Shown: positions 17,802-27,138, counted from the stretch's first letter. The stretch: DNA of 51,828 bases from Candidatus Gottesmanbacteria bacterium RIFCSPLOWO2_01_FULL_43_11b (GCA_001780985.1 MFJV01000001.1:103466-155293); one strand, 5' to 3'. Notes: generated by a model from the sequence alone, not told the origin. Translations and numbers: made by a program.

Positions 17802-18269
17802 ATGACGTCCACTGCGCATGCACTTGTAGCCGGCGCACTAGCCGCAAAATTTTCTGATCCTGTCACCGCCGGAACCCTTGCGCTCGTTTCTCACTACCTT
17901 ATGGATAGTGTCCCCCACTGGGATTTCGGAACGAACTGGAGATCCCGGCCAAAAGAAAAAACTGCAATTTTTGCAATTGTTGAAACTATTTTTGGGATTG
18001 CAATAGCCTACTATTTCTTCCGGAATATTCCGGTAGTACATCTGACCACAACAATTGCTGCAAGTCTTCTTCCTGATTGGCTTGAAACTCCCTGGTATAT
18101 CTTTTTTGCCCACCAAAAGAAGCACGAACCAGGACCAAGAGCAAACATATGGGAAAAATTAGCGTATCGAATTTATAAAATTCAAAACCTCTTCCACGCA
18201 AAAGCACAGCTGCCAATAGGGATTATTACTCAGGTAATTACCGTGTGGTTTTTCCTCTTCGTACTCTAA
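17802..18269 (+). CDS. Small membrane protein, possibly YdjM/DUF457-like metal-dependent hydrolase
   Basis: 155 aa. AHALVAGALAA...SHYLMDSVPHWD, several TM segments. TACAAT lies 8 nt upstream of the ATG. Confidence 0.45.
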   Translation: MTSTAHALVAGALAAKFSDPVTAGTLALVSHYLMDSVPHWDFGTNWRSRPKEKTAIFAIVETIFGIAIAYYFFRNIPVVHLTTTIAASLLPDWLETPWYIFFAHQKKHEPGPRANIWEKLAYRIYKIQNLFHAKAQLPIGIITQVITVWFFLFVL

Positions 18270-19206
18270 TAAGACCGGAGCATGGAGTGATTTTTATTCC
18301 TCTATTCTCAAGCGCATCCAGAAGTAAGTTCATTCCCAAACTATCAGAACTCATGTGGCCGGCGATGACGAGGTTAATATGATATTTCATCGCTGCTTTA
18401 CGATGTTCTTCCCCGGCATGCATAGCGAGTACTGTTCCAACTCCTGCAATCGCAAGTTTCTCATATACGATGTGTGATGACTCTGTTCCTCCCGTAAATT
18501 CAATCGGCGCAATTTTTCCTGCCCGGTTTCTTGGATCTCCGGCAAAAATGACCGGCCCAGCTTTCCCTTTCATTGCCTCTTTATACTCTGGTTCTCGTTT
18601 GAGAATATTCACTACATCCCCTACTGTTTCCGCTTTATTCTTTTGGAACAACTTCACTATGTAGTCATAAACGAGATTATCGGTAATTGTGTGGGTACAC
18701 ATAAACGCAAATCCCAAAAGCCGAGCGGCGTCAACTGCCTGGCCGTGATTTCTGGGACTAATACGACGGGACACTTCAGAAATCCTCTCACGCATAACAC
18801 CCTCTGCGACATTTATCGGCACGCCATACTGAGCAAGAACATCAGCCTGAACATCCATAACTTCGTGGAGTGCTGCATATGGGGCGCCGGATGGGTGGTG
18901 GGTAAGAATTAAATCAATGCTTCGTCCTTTTTCATTGAGACGATCGGCAAGAAGAACTTCTGCTGAAGATATATCTATACCAGCCAAAATTGAGTCTACT
19001 TCTTTGTCAGGATTTCCTAAGAGAATCCTAGAGTCTGTGTAGGGGTTATTGAGATCCTCCAAATCAAACTCGTCTTTCCTCGACTTTGGCAAATCCTCGT
19101 ACTCTATTTTTCTTCGTGCAAGGAGTTTTTTAACTCCCTCCGGTCCTCTGGGATCGGCATCAATTGCCATTTTTACTGCCAATTTATATATATCTCCAAG
19201 TTTCAT
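18238..19206 (-). CDS. NIF3 (DUF34)-like dinuclear-metal protein
   Basis: LILTHHPSG and VIAGHMSSDSLGMN motifs. Start moved to ATG 19206 because the track start (19254) runs into the tRNA. Confidence 0.55.
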   Translation of the reverse strand: MKLGDIYKLAVKMAIDADPRGPEGVKKLLARRKIEYEDLPKSRKDEFDLEDLNNPYTDSRILLGNPDKEVDSILAGIDISSAEVLLADRLNEKGRSIDLILTHHPSGAPYAALHEVMDVQADVLAQYGVPINVAEGVMRERISEVSRRISPRNHGQAVDAARLLGFAFMCTHTITDNLVYDYIVKLFQKNKAETVGDVVNILKREPEYKEAMKGKAGPVIFAGDPRNRAGKIAPIEFTGGTESSHIVYEKLAIAGVGTVLAMHAGEEHRKAAMKYHINLVIAGHMSSDSLGMNLLLDALENRGIKITPCSGLIRVRRGKTTR

Positions 19207-19227
19207 AGGTTGAAGTATATCACAATG

Positions 19228-19313
19228 TGCCGCGGGTCGGAGTCGAACCGACATGAGCGGTGAAGCTCACAAGTTTTTGAGACTTGCCTGTCTACCAGTT
19301 TCAGCACCGCGGC
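19228..19313 (-). tRNA. tRNA-Leu (anticodon CAA), class II with long variable arm; CCA not encoded
   Basis: Folded by hand. Acceptor GCCGCGG/CCGCGGC plus discriminator A. D arm CTG-AAACTGGTAGA-CAG. Anticodon stem CAAGT/ACTTG with loop CTCAAAA. Variable arm GAGC-ttcacc-GCTC. T arm GTCGG-TTCGACT-CCGAC. Confidence 0.9.
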
Positions 19314-19331
19314 GCAAATACTATTATACCA

Positions 19332-20690
19332 TCAATGGATGGCGGGAGGGGGTGAGGAGGCTTCGGTTCGCTTTTTTTCGATGGAGTAAAAGCGGATGCG
19401 GTCGCCTCGAAAAATGAGATCTATTTCACCAAGTGGCCCGTTCCTGTGTTTTGCAATCCGCAGTTTTGTGGGTATTTGCTCTCCCCAGGCAAGCTGATCT
19501 GATTCTTCTCGGTAAAGAAACATAACCACATCTGCATCCTGTTCAATTGATCCTGATTCTCGAAGGTCTGATAGCTCCGGGACTCTGGTTCCCCGCGCCT
19601 CAACTGCTCTTGATAATTGGGAACAGGCAAGAACCGGAATGCGAAGTTCCCGGGCAAGATTTTTAAGCGCCTGTGAAATAATGGAAACTTCCTGCACACG
19701 GTTATCATAGCGGCGTCCGGAATCAGCAAGCTGCAGGTAATCAACAATGAGAAACTTCACCCCGTGTTCAACTTGAAGTCTTCGTGCTTTTGTGCGCATC
19801 TCGATAATATTAAGTCCCGGGGTGTCGTCGATAAAAAGAGGGGCTTCAGCAAGCTCCCCCATCGCTTCCGAGAGTTTTGTAAAATCATCGTCTGAAAGTT
19901 TTCCGGTTTTAAGGCGCCACGCATCAATATCAGCCTGAGATACAAGAAGCCGGTCAACCAGTTCTTCTTTACTCATTTCAAGAGAGAAAATACCTACCGG
20001 GATTTTTTCTTTCACTGTCACATATTGGGCGATATTTAATACCATCGCTGTTTTTCCTGTCCCTGGTCGTGCAGCAAGAATGAGAAGGTTTGCATCCTGC
20101 ATGCCGGCAAGTCTATTGTCTAAATCAGAAAATCCGGTTGGCACACCCCGAAGGCCTCCTGCTTTTTTATGGAGTTCGTCGAGTCTATCAAATGAGGAAG
20201 CAAGAGCGTCTTTAATCGCAATAAAGTCACGCCTTGTCGTTTCCTGAGAAATTGAGAATATTTCCATCTCCGCTGAATCAACGATAGCCTGAGCACTTCC
20301 CTCTTCTCGAAATGCCAACTCGGTAATTTTTCCGGCTACCCCGATAAGCTGACGTTTCGTGTACATTTCCTGAATTATTCTTCCGTACCGCTCCGCGTGT
20401 GCACTGGTTGGTACGACATTTACGAGTTCTGAAAGATGTGACATGCCACCCGCTTCCTTAAGCTTTCCGTGTTTTTTTAATTGTGCAGTAACAGTTACGA
20501 CATCGATGGGTTCGTGTGTTTCGTATAGTTCAAGCATTGCATCAAAAATAAGTGCATGCCCTTCTTTGTAAAAATGTTTAGAACGCAAAAATTCCGCAAC
20601 ATCAACCATTGCATCTTTATCAATGAGAATTGCACCCAACACCGATTGCTCGGCAATATCATCGTGCGGTGGAACTTTAGGCGAAGCCAT
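19332..20690 (-). CDS. dnaB: Replicative DNA helicase
   Basis: 452 aa. PPHDDIAEQSVLGAIL, Walker A ARPGTGKT, FSLEMS, IVDYLQL, SQLSRAVE, RESGSIEQDADVV. No intein. Confidence 0.95.
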   Translation of the reverse strand: MASPKVPPHDDIAEQSVLGAILIDKDAMVDVAEFLRSKHFYKEGHALIFDAMLELYETHEPIDVVTVTAQLKKHGKLKEAGGMSHLSELVNVVPTSAHAERYGRIIQEMYTKRQLIGVAGKITELAFREEGSAQAIVDSAEMEIFSISQETTRRDFIAIKDALASSFDRLDELHKKAGGLRGVPTGFSDLDNRLAGMQDANLLILAARPGTGKTAMVLNIAQYVTVKEKIPVGIFSLEMSKEELVDRLLVSQADIDAWRLKTGKLSDDDFTKLSEAMGELAEAPLFIDDTPGLNIIEMRTKARRLQVEHGVKFLIVDYLQLADSGRRYDNRVQEVSIISQALKNLARELRIPVLACSQLSRAVEARGTRVPELSDLRESGSIEQDADVVMFLYREESDQLAWGEQIPTKLRIAKHRNGPLGEIDLIFRGDRIRFYSIEKKRTEASSPPPAIH

Positions 20691-20696
20691 ATGCGT

Positions 20697-21344
20697 TTAT
20701 TCCAAAACAACAACCAACATTTCAGCGGGTAATTTATCTTTTGATATGGAAAGTTTATTTTGCGGTGCCACAGGATCTTTTCCTGTTTCTTTTAGAAATA
20801 CTGACACAGGGGCTAATGTAGAAAATTGTTTTTGATTGAGTTCTTTTCGTCCGTAATGCATCGGAATAACAATCTTTGGATCAATTTCAGAAACAACTTC
20901 AGCTGCTTGGTGTGCATCAATTGTATAAATCCCTCCGACTGGGATAAGAAGAATATCTACTCCATCAAGCTCATCAACAATTGCCGCTGCAAGTGTATGT
21001 CCCAAATCACCTAGGTGAGCAATTGAAATTCCATCCATGTCAATTCTATATATGGTATTACTCCCCCGTTCTTTTCCATTTTTTTCATCATGAAATGTTG
21101 ATAAACCAATAATACTTGTTCCCTTAATTTCATATTCTCCGGCGCCGGAGACAATATACGGTGATCCTTCAATTTGATCTTTCTTATTATGATCGTGGTG
21201 TCCGTGCGATACGGTGACAATATCCGCTGATGTGTGTTTGGGAAATTTAAGGCCGACATAACCAGAATCATAGGGGTCAGTGACGACTGTTGTATGTTTT
21301 CCGCGAATCCTAAATGAAGCATGACCTAAGGGAGTGATATCCAT
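20697..21344 (-). CDS. MBL-fold metal-dependent hydrolase (UPF0173-like)
   Basis: ITPLGHASFRI...VVTDPY...VSHGHHDHN. Confidence 0.85.
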   Translation of the reverse strand: MDITPLGHASFRIRGKHTTVVTDPYDSGYVGLKFPKHTSADIVTVSHGHHDHNKKDQIEGSPYIVSGAGEYEIKGTSIIGLSTFHDEKNGKERGSNTIYRIDMDGISIAHLGDLGHTLAAAIVDELDGVDILLIPVGGIYTIDAHQAAEVVSEIDPKIVIPMHYGRKELNQKQFSTLAPVSVFLKETGKDPVAPQNKLSISKDKLPAEMLVVVLE

Positions 21345-21387
21345 AGCTTGAATTTTATAACAGATTCACGTATGCTTTACAATACTC

Positions 21388-21434
21388 CCCGCCCGCCATC
21401 GCAAGCATGAGCTTGCTCAGGCGTTGCGGGCGGG
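21388..21434. repeat. G+C-rich nested hairpin in divergent intergenic region
   Basis: Outer stem CCCGCCCGC 21388-21396 / GCGGGCGGG 21426-21434. Inner stem GCAAGC 21401-21406, loop atga, GCTTGC 21411-21416. TACAAT at 21378-21383 would place it at the 5' end of a plus-strand transcript. Confidence 0.6.
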
Positions 21435-21467
21435 CTGCCCCGTAATAATCTTATTGTTTATTTTTCT

Positions 21468-21893
21468 ATGAATCGCGACGCCATCATTGCAACAATTATA
21501 GGTTTTGGTATTGGACTCGGGATAACCGGAATTTTTTTGTTCGGCCCCAAACTTATTAAGTACTTACCCAATATGCCCACGATAAGCTTCCCCAAAAAAG
21601 CTCCACTTCCCACACCGACCCCCCCGAATCTTTCACTTACAATAGATGCACCAATTGCAGAATCAATAGAGGCGTCAAATTCAGTCCTTGTATCAGGCAG
21701 TGCTCCCAAAGACTCGCTTCTTATTCTTGAAGGGCCCCTTGAAGAAATTGTTTTAAAGCCAAATGGTGACGGAAAGTATGCAGGGAAAGTAACAATTCTT
21801 GAAGGAAAAAATGAACTGTTCGTTACAAGTTACGTTGGAGGTACTCCATCCAGTCAATCAGTTGTTGTATATTACACGCCTGAAAAATTCTAA
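21468..21893 (+). CDS. Hypothetical membrane-anchored protein
   Basis: 141 aa, N-terminal TM, Pro-rich linker, beta-rich C-terminus. Confidence 0.5.
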   Translation: MNRDAIIATIIGFGIGLGITGIFLFGPKLIKYLPNMPTISFPKKAPLPTPTPPNLSLTIDAPIAESIEASNSVLVSGSAPKDSLLILEGPLEEIVLKPNGDGKYAGKVTILEGKNELFVTSYVGGTPSSQSVVVYYTPEKF

Positions 21894-21895
21894 AT

Positions 21896-22561
21896 ATGAA
21901 AAAGCTTATTACTTTCCTTCTTTTACTTTTGATTGTATCTCCTGTACTTGCTCAAACGGCAACGCCAGGTATAACTCCGACAACCACAAAAGACAAACAA
22001 ATCGAAGACCTTAAAGACCGGATCGCAACAAAGGTAGCTGAACTTTCTCAAACGCAAAGGAGTGCAATCTTCGGAAAAGTCAAAGCTGTTTCTCTTTCAA
22101 CTGCAACAATAGAAACTCAAACGAAAGATATCAAAATTGAACTAACGGATGATATTACAATTTTTCAAAACATAAAAGGAAAACGGACAGAACTATCTAT
22201 CGAAGATTTAGCAAAAGACGATGTCGTCACAGTATTTGGTGAACACGACGCAACACTTGATCTCCTTAAAGCAAAGGTCATTTTTATACAGGGTGTGCTT
22301 CCGATTCGAACTACCGGAATCGTAACGGATATCAATAAAACCAACTTTACTCTTACCGTAAAGCCACCGCAAGGGGCGGATATCACCGTTGATATCGAGA
22401 AGTTTACGAAAACAACTATATGGGACGGAGAGGATGTCGCAAAAGGGGGGTTTTCAAAAATTGTTGTCGGTGATACTGTCCATGTCACGGGTACCCCGGT
22501 TGCAAAAACAGAAAATCGCATAAGTGCTGATCGAATCCTCGATCTGGGTAATCAAATATGA
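21896..22561 (+). CDS. Hypothetical secreted protein
   Basis: 221 aa, signal peptide MKKLITFLLLLLIVSPVLA. Starts 2 nt after the upstream stop. Confidence 0.55.
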   Translation: MKKLITFLLLLLIVSPVLAQTATPGITPTTTKDKQIEDLKDRIATKVAELSQTQRSAIFGKVKAVSLSTATIETQTKDIKIELTDDITIFQNIKGKRTELSIEDLAKDDVVTVFGEHDATLDLLKAKVIFIQGVLPIRTTGIVTDINKTNFTLTVKPPQGADITVDIEKFTKTTIWDGEDVAKGGFSKIVVGDTVHVTGTPVAKTENRISADRILDLGNQI

Positions 22562-22860
22562 AAAAAACCGCTTCCCCCTACCCTTCTGCCTCAATGAAAG
22601 AACTTTTTGATGCAATTGCCGAAATCGAATCAAAAGAGGAAGCGGCCGATTTCTTCCGCGACCTTCTGACCATTCCGGAACTGACGGAATTTGCCAACCG
22701 CTGGCAAATAGTTAAACGTCTCGTTGACAAACAATCATACGAAAAAATAGCTAAAGAACTCAAAGTTTCAACAACCACAGTCTCCCGGGTAGCACTATGG
22801 CTCAATAACGGTCGTGGCGGCTACAAAGCTGTTGCCTCCCGCCTCTTCTCCTCCTCTTGA
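22558..22860 (+). CDS. TrpR-like (YerC/YecD family) DNA-binding protein
   Basis: 100 aa. FFRDLLTIPELTEFANRWQIVKRL...SYEKIAKELKVSTTTVSRVALWLNNG. Overlaps the upstream stop by 4 nt. Confidence 0.8.
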   Translation: MKKTASPYPSASMKELFDAIAEIESKEEAADFFRDLLTIPELTEFANRWQIVKRLVDKQSYEKIAKELKVSTTTVSRVALWLNNGRGGYKAVASRLFSSS

Positions 22861-22866
22861 CACCAT

Positions 22867-22898
22867 CATGGTAACATGTTAACATGGTAACATGGTAA
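22867..22898. repeat. Four tandem 8-bp units (CATGGTAA/CATGTTAA) containing the palindrome CATGTTAACATG
   Basis: catggtaa catgttaa catggtaa catggtaa, starting 7 nt after the TrpR-like stop codon. Confidence 0.9.
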
Positions 22899-22932
22899 TA
22901 GATAGTAAAAATATTGATTCTTCATCTTCACT

Positions 22933-22956
22933 AGCCGATTCCGTCGGCTTTTCTTC
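22933..22956 (+). terminator. Rho-independent terminator candidate
   Basis: AGCCGA-ttccg-TCGGCT followed by TTTCTT. A second stem TCGCCTC...GAGGCGA plus a T-rich tract follows at about 22965-23020. Confidence 0.55.
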
Positions 22957-23104
22957 GTTGCATCATCGCCTCTCATAAACCCGCGCGTGGTCGAGGCGAG
23001 AATTTTTCTTTCCTTTTTTATTATTAGATTAGTAGATTTCTCCATTTCTTTCTCTCCTCCCCCATTCGCAGGTATTTATCTGCGAAAAAGGAGGTGAAAT
23101 ATCT

Positions 23105-23572
23105 ATGAGGAATGAAATTTGGTTATCAAGTCCGTACACTGCGTTCGTTGTTGCAAAAAACGGAGATAATTTCTTATCAACTGATGCGGAAAAAAGAAGG
23201 TTTTTAACGGAATTTCTTAAACGATGCGATACTACACAAAAGGATGTTCAAATTAATTCAGAAGGGTGGCTCACGGGAAAATCCGACGTTATGACTATTC
23301 AGACAGTTACGAAGTATTCCACACAAAAAAGGGGTTTACTTGTAACTAAACTATTAAACCAAAATATGCTATTTGAGGCTATTGAGGCAGAATCGTCCAT
23401 ACTTTTTACACCTATGGATACAGACCTAGCCTCACAAGCAAATCTTTTTTCAGATCAATTAAGGAATTTACTTAAAATATTTGTATCAAGAGATAAAATG
23501 AATGGAGTCGTCTTTTTACCCAGAAAAAGATTTCAGTCAGGGCTTGGTGGAGCGGTGGTCTGGCAGAATTAA
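23105..23572 (+). CDS. Hypothetical protein
   Basis: 155 aa. Very strong SD AAAGGAGGTG 8 nt upstream. No recognisable domain. Confidence 0.55.
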   Translation: MRNEIWLSSPYTAFVVAKNGDNFLSTDAEKRRFLTEFLKRCDTTQKDVQINSEGWLTGKSDVMTIQTVTKYSTQKRGLLVTKLLNQNMLFEAIEAESSILFTPMDTDLASQANLFSDQLRNLLKIFVSRDKMNGVVFLPRKRFQSGLGGAVVWQN

Positions 23573-23575
23573 GAA

Positions 23576-23584
23576 TGCTATAAT
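23576..23584 (+). promoter_or_regulatory. Extended -10 box TGCTATAAT, 8 nt upstream of pepP ATG
   Basis: tgctataat cgacgatt ATG 23593. No SD. Confidence 0.55.
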
Positions 23585-23592
23585 CGACGATT

Positions 23593-24609
23593 ATGAAGCG
23601 GTTATCTATAACATCCAATGACTCTGTTCTTATAACTAACCCAACAAACATCCTGTATCTGACCGGGTTTGTTGGAGTGGAGAGAAGAGATGCATATGTG
23701 CTGGTGACGAAAAATAAAACCTACCTCTTTACAACTTCGCTCTATCTTGAAGCAGCACAAAAACTAAATGTAACAGTCATTGAAATTTCTAGAGAAAAAC
23801 CTATTGAACAAGAACTTTCAAAGTTAGTAAAAACCGTTGCCTTTGAAGAAAATGATATAACTGTTGCTGAATATAACAAACTTAAGAAACTGCTTCGCCT
23901 CAAACCTGCAAAAAACCGGATCGAAAAAATGCGGATGATAAAGCGCGAGGATGAGATAGCAAAGATTAAACTCGCAGCAAAGATCACCGATGCGTGCTTT
24001 ACATATATTGTCAAGCGCATCCGTACCGGAGTCACAGAAGCCCGACTCGCGTGGGAGATTGAGGGGTTTTTCAAGTATCGGGCAGGCGACGTTGCTTTCT
24101 CCCCCATTGTTGCGTTCAATGAAAATAGTTCAAAACCGCACTACAACAGTCGCAGCAACAATCCTCTCCGGAAAAACTCTCTCATCCTTCTTGATTTTGG
24201 TGCCCGCGTGAATGGCTACTGTGCAGATATGACCAGAGTTGTGTTTTTGGGTAAACCAAAAGCCGAATGGGTAAAAGCGTACGATGCGGTTCTGCAAGCG
24301 CAACAAGCTGCGATTTCAAGCAATTCTCGCTCAGGAGCTGAACGTGACCGAATTGCGCGAGAAAGCATTCAAAAATCTGGATTTGACCCATACGCCCACA
24401 GTTTGGGTCACAATGTTGGTCTTGATATACACGAATCGCCGCGTTTGTCTATCAAGAAGGATGCGAACCTTCTACCCGGTATGGTATTTACCATTGAGCC
24501 GGGAGTCTATATCGAAGGTCAATTTGGTATTCGAATCGAAGATTTGGTGCTGTTGAAAGCAACTGGAATTGAAATTCTCAGTCACTCGAGTTATAATACC
24601 TTTGTATGA
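23593..24609 (+). CDS. pepP: M24-family Xaa-Pro aminopeptidase
   Basis: 338 aa. LDFGARVNGYCADMTR, HSLGHNVGLDIHESP, FTIEPGVY, IRIEDLV metal-ligand motifs. Confidence 0.9.
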   Translation: MKRLSITSNDSVLITNPTNILYLTGFVGVERRDAYVLVTKNKTYLFTTSLYLEAAQKLNVTVIEISREKPIEQELSKLVKTVAFEENDITVAEYNKLKKLLRLKPAKNRIEKMRMIKREDEIAKIKLAAKITDACFTYIVKRIRTGVTEARLAWEIEGFFKYRAGDVAFSPIVAFNENSSKPHYNSRSNNPLRKNSLILLDFGARVNGYCADMTRVVFLGKPKAEWVKAYDAVLQAQQAAISSNSRSGAERDRIARESIQKSGFDPYAHSLGHNVGLDIHESPRLSIKKDANLLPGMVFTIEPGVYIEGQFGIRIEDLVLLKATGIEILSHSSYNTFV

Positions 24610-24698
24610 CAAATATGAATTTAAATGTATCTCATCACTCACCCGATCCTGATGGCGGGTGTTGCTGCATGCTGTAAAAGAAAGTTTATTAGCAAAAG

Positions 24699-24722
24699 AA
24701 CCCCGCCACGGCGGGTTTTTTT
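24699..24722 (+). terminator. Rho-independent terminator
   Basis: aaCCCGCcacgGCGGGttttttt. Confidence 0.7.
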
Positions 24723-24745
24723 GTGGTACGATGAAAGGAGAAACT

Positions 24746-25942
24746 ATGATAAAAGCGCAAACACTGAAAGGATTTCGGGATTTTTTACCGGTTGATGCAA
24801 TCAAGCGGCAGTTCGTTGTGGGAAAAATTAAAACTGCGTTTGAGCGATTTGGTTTTGATCCACTCGAAACTCCTGCCCTCGAATACGCAGAAACGCTTCT
24901 TGGTAAATACGGAGATGAGGCTGACAAACTTCTCTATGTATTTGAAGATCGCGGAGGCAGAAAAGTTGGTATGCGCTACGATCAAACAGTACCCTTGGCT
25001 CGTGTTGTTGCCCAATACCAAAATCTCCCCAAACCATTTAAAAGGTATCAGATTCAACCGGTCTGGAGGGCAGAGAATCCACAAAAAGGCAGATATCGTG
25101 AATTTCTTCAGTGTGATGCAGACATTGTTGGTGACACCTCCCCTCTTTCTGATGCGGAAGTTATTGCACTTGCGATTAAAACTATAGAATCTCTTGGATT
25201 TAGAACATTTAGGGTCTTTATTAACGACCGTACACTTTTTGATGATATACCGCTATCTGCAATTACAATTGTCGATAAGCTTAAAAAAATCGGTGAGGAA
25301 GGAGTAAAGAAAGAACTCCTGGAAAAAAAGTTTGACCCTTCGCTTCTTTCGCAAGTTAAAAACAACAAACCAACTCAAAATTTGAGACAAATTCTTACTG
25401 CACTATCATCTCTCGGGGTAAGCGAAAAAATTGTTCAATTTGAACCTACACTTGCCCGTGGGCTTGATTATTATACGGGTACTATTTTTGAAATTGCCAT
25501 AGATGGATATCTTGCCGGAAGTGTCTGCGGTGGAGGCCGCTACGACAACCTTATCGGACAATTTACCGGAAAAGATGTTCCGGCGGTCGGGTTTGCGTTC
25601 GGCTTTGACCGCATTGTTGAAGCAATGGAACAATTTAATCTCCTCCCCAACATGTCAACGGTCACGCGTGCCCTTGTCACTGCATTTGAAAACATCGACT
25701 CCCGTACGCTCACGAGTTCGCTCCGAAAAGCAGGCATAAATACTGAACTATTCTATGAACCGGCAAAGCTCGATAAACAACTTAAATACGCTGATCGAAA
25801 AGGGATTCCGTACGTAATTATTCAAGGCCCTGATGAAGTCAAGCGTGGTGTCGTAAAATTAAAAAATCTCCAAACGAAAGAGCAGGAAGAACTTGCAGTC
25901 GAAGAAGTCATCAAGAAATTAAAGGAGTTTAAAGGAGTTTAG
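24746..25942 (+). CDS. hisS: Histidine--tRNA ligase
   Basis: MIKAQTLKGFRDFLP, MRYDQTVPLAR, YQIQPVWRAENPQKGRYREFLQCDADIVG, GGGRYDNL. SD AAAGGAG 24734-24740 supports ATG 24746 rather than the track start 24659. Confidence 0.93.
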   Translation: MIKAQTLKGFRDFLPVDAIKRQFVVGKIKTAFERFGFDPLETPALEYAETLLGKYGDEADKLLYVFEDRGGRKVGMRYDQTVPLARVVAQYQNLPKPFKRYQIQPVWRAENPQKGRYREFLQCDADIVGDTSPLSDAEVIALAIKTIESLGFRTFRVFINDRTLFDDIPLSAITIVDKLKKIGEEGVKKELLEKKFDPSLLSQVKNNKPTQNLRQILTALSSLGVSEKIVQFEPTLARGLDYYTGTIFEIAIDGYLAGSVCGGGRYDNLIGQFTGKDVPAVGFAFGFDRIVEAMEQFNLLPNMSTVTRALVTAFENIDSRTLTSSLRKAGINTELFYEPAKLDKQLKYADRKGIPYVIIQGPDEVKRGVVKLKNLQTKEQEELAVEEVIKKLKEFKGV

Positions 25943-25960
25943 AGGAATTATTTATCTACA

Positions 25961-26893
25961 ATGAAGCCTCGGATCACTGCCTACCTCATGATGTTCATTG
26001 TTTCGATTATTTGGGGTGTGGCCGCCCCGGTTATAAAGTTTACTCTGCATGACTTTCCACCGCTCATTTTTCTCTCCTACCGGTTTGCCATAAGCTCAAT
26101 CATTGCACTCATAGTTTTTTCTGTTACGAAAGAACGCTTCTCCAAAAAGGGAAAAGCAGTCGAGGGGATGATTGGCTATAGTCTCCTGGCCGTACCAGTT
26201 GCATTGGGCCTACTGTTTTTTGGTTTCGATAAGACGACATCACTTACCGGCAACGTGCTTACAGCCATGACACCCATGGCCACGGTGATCGCCGGGGTAC
26301 TCCTCCTTCGTGAACATGTCACTGGCATCGAACGAACGGGCCTGACCCTTGCGTTCGCCGGTACCCTCGTTATCATTTTCGGGCCACTCTGGCACGATGG
26401 CCTGGGCACAGACACCTCAAGCCTTGGTTCGCTGGAGGGCAATCTCTTGGTGATCGCTGCTATCATCATTGATGCACTCAGCGCGCTACTCGTAAAGACG
26501 ACACTACGTACTGGTGTAAGCGCGTCGAGCCTTACGCATCTTTCGTTTCTTATCGGGTTTCTTGCGATATTGCCATTCGCACTTGTCACCCACGGCTTGC
26601 CTCAAATAATGAGTACCATTACCTCCGCTCCGATCACCGCTCACCTAGGGGTTTGGTACATGGCAATACTCTCGGGAACACTCGCCTACTGGCTCCGAAA
26701 CCAAGCGATTAAATCGATTGAGGTTAGCGAAGCTGTTGTGTTCACGTACCTCTACCCCCTTTGGGCCGCACCGCTTTCCGTCTATTGGTTGGGCGAAAAA
26801 ATCACCACGCCATTCCTTCTGGGAGGCTCAATTATTGCCGTGGGAGTTATTATTGCGGAGCATAAGAAACGAAGAAACAAAAAAAAGCGCTAA
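25961..26893 (+). CDS. EamA/DMT-family transporter
   Basis: 310 aa, 10 TM, duplicated EamA halves, basic tail. Confidence 0.85.
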   Translation: MKPRITAYLMMFIVSIIWGVAAPVIKFTLHDFPPLIFLSYRFAISSIIALIVFSVTKERFSKKGKAVEGMIGYSLLAVPVALGLLFFGFDKTTSLTGNVLTAMTPMATVIAGVLLLREHVTGIERTGLTLAFAGTLVIIFGPLWHDGLGTDTSSLGSLEGNLLVIAAIIIDALSALLVKTTLRTGVSASSLTHLSFLIGFLAILPFALVTHGLPQIMSTITSAPITAHLGVWYMAILSGTLAYWLRNQAIKSIEVSEAVVFTYLYPLWAAPLSVYWLGEKITTPFLLGGSIIAVGVIIAEHKKRRNKKKR

Positions 26894-27138
26894 GAAGTTA
26901 CTCCGGAAGTACCGGTCTTCTTTTCCAACCGATCAATCCGATCCTCGTGATCTTCAATCTGGTCTTTGTAGCCTACAATGAGAGTAATTTCTTCTCGCAT
27001 ATCTTTGAGCTCTTTCAAAATTGCGTCTTTAAAGGTCACAATATCGTCTTTGGAAGGTACTTTTTCTTCCCGCAGTACATCCCGCACCATCTTTTTCATG
27101 TCATCGACATCGTAATGATTATAGACTGTTCGCTTCAT
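26890..27138 (-). CDS. Hypothetical small coiled-coil protein
   Basis: MKRTVYNHYDVDDMKKM...charged heptad-like sequence. ATG 27138 lies 10 nt downstream of the TGCTATAGT box (27149-27157). Confidence 0.5.
   Translation of the reverse strand: MKRTVYNHYDVDDMKKMVRDVLREEKVPSKDDIVTFKDAILKELKDMREEITLIVGYKDQIEDHEDRIDRLEKKTGTSGVTS

Noticed and set aside
22867-22898. CRISPR array or coding mini-ORFs in the CATGGTAA tandem repeat.
   Set aside because: The units are 8 bp with no spacers. The in-frame ATGs give only 4-codon ORFs. There are no cas genes in the window.
24610-24745. T-box leader upstream of hisS, and similarly upstream of cysS at 48932-48991.
   Set aside because: The spacers are only about 135 and 60 nt. 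No T-box consensus (GGTGGTACCGCG-like) or specifier-loop architecture was found. The hisS-upstream hairpin with a T-run is better explained as the pepP terminator.
24472-24927. 151-aa minus-strand ORF spanning the pepP 3' end, the terminator and the hisS 5' end.
   Set aside because: It is antisense to two well-supported genes and crosses a terminator. Ser/Pro-rich composition, no signals.
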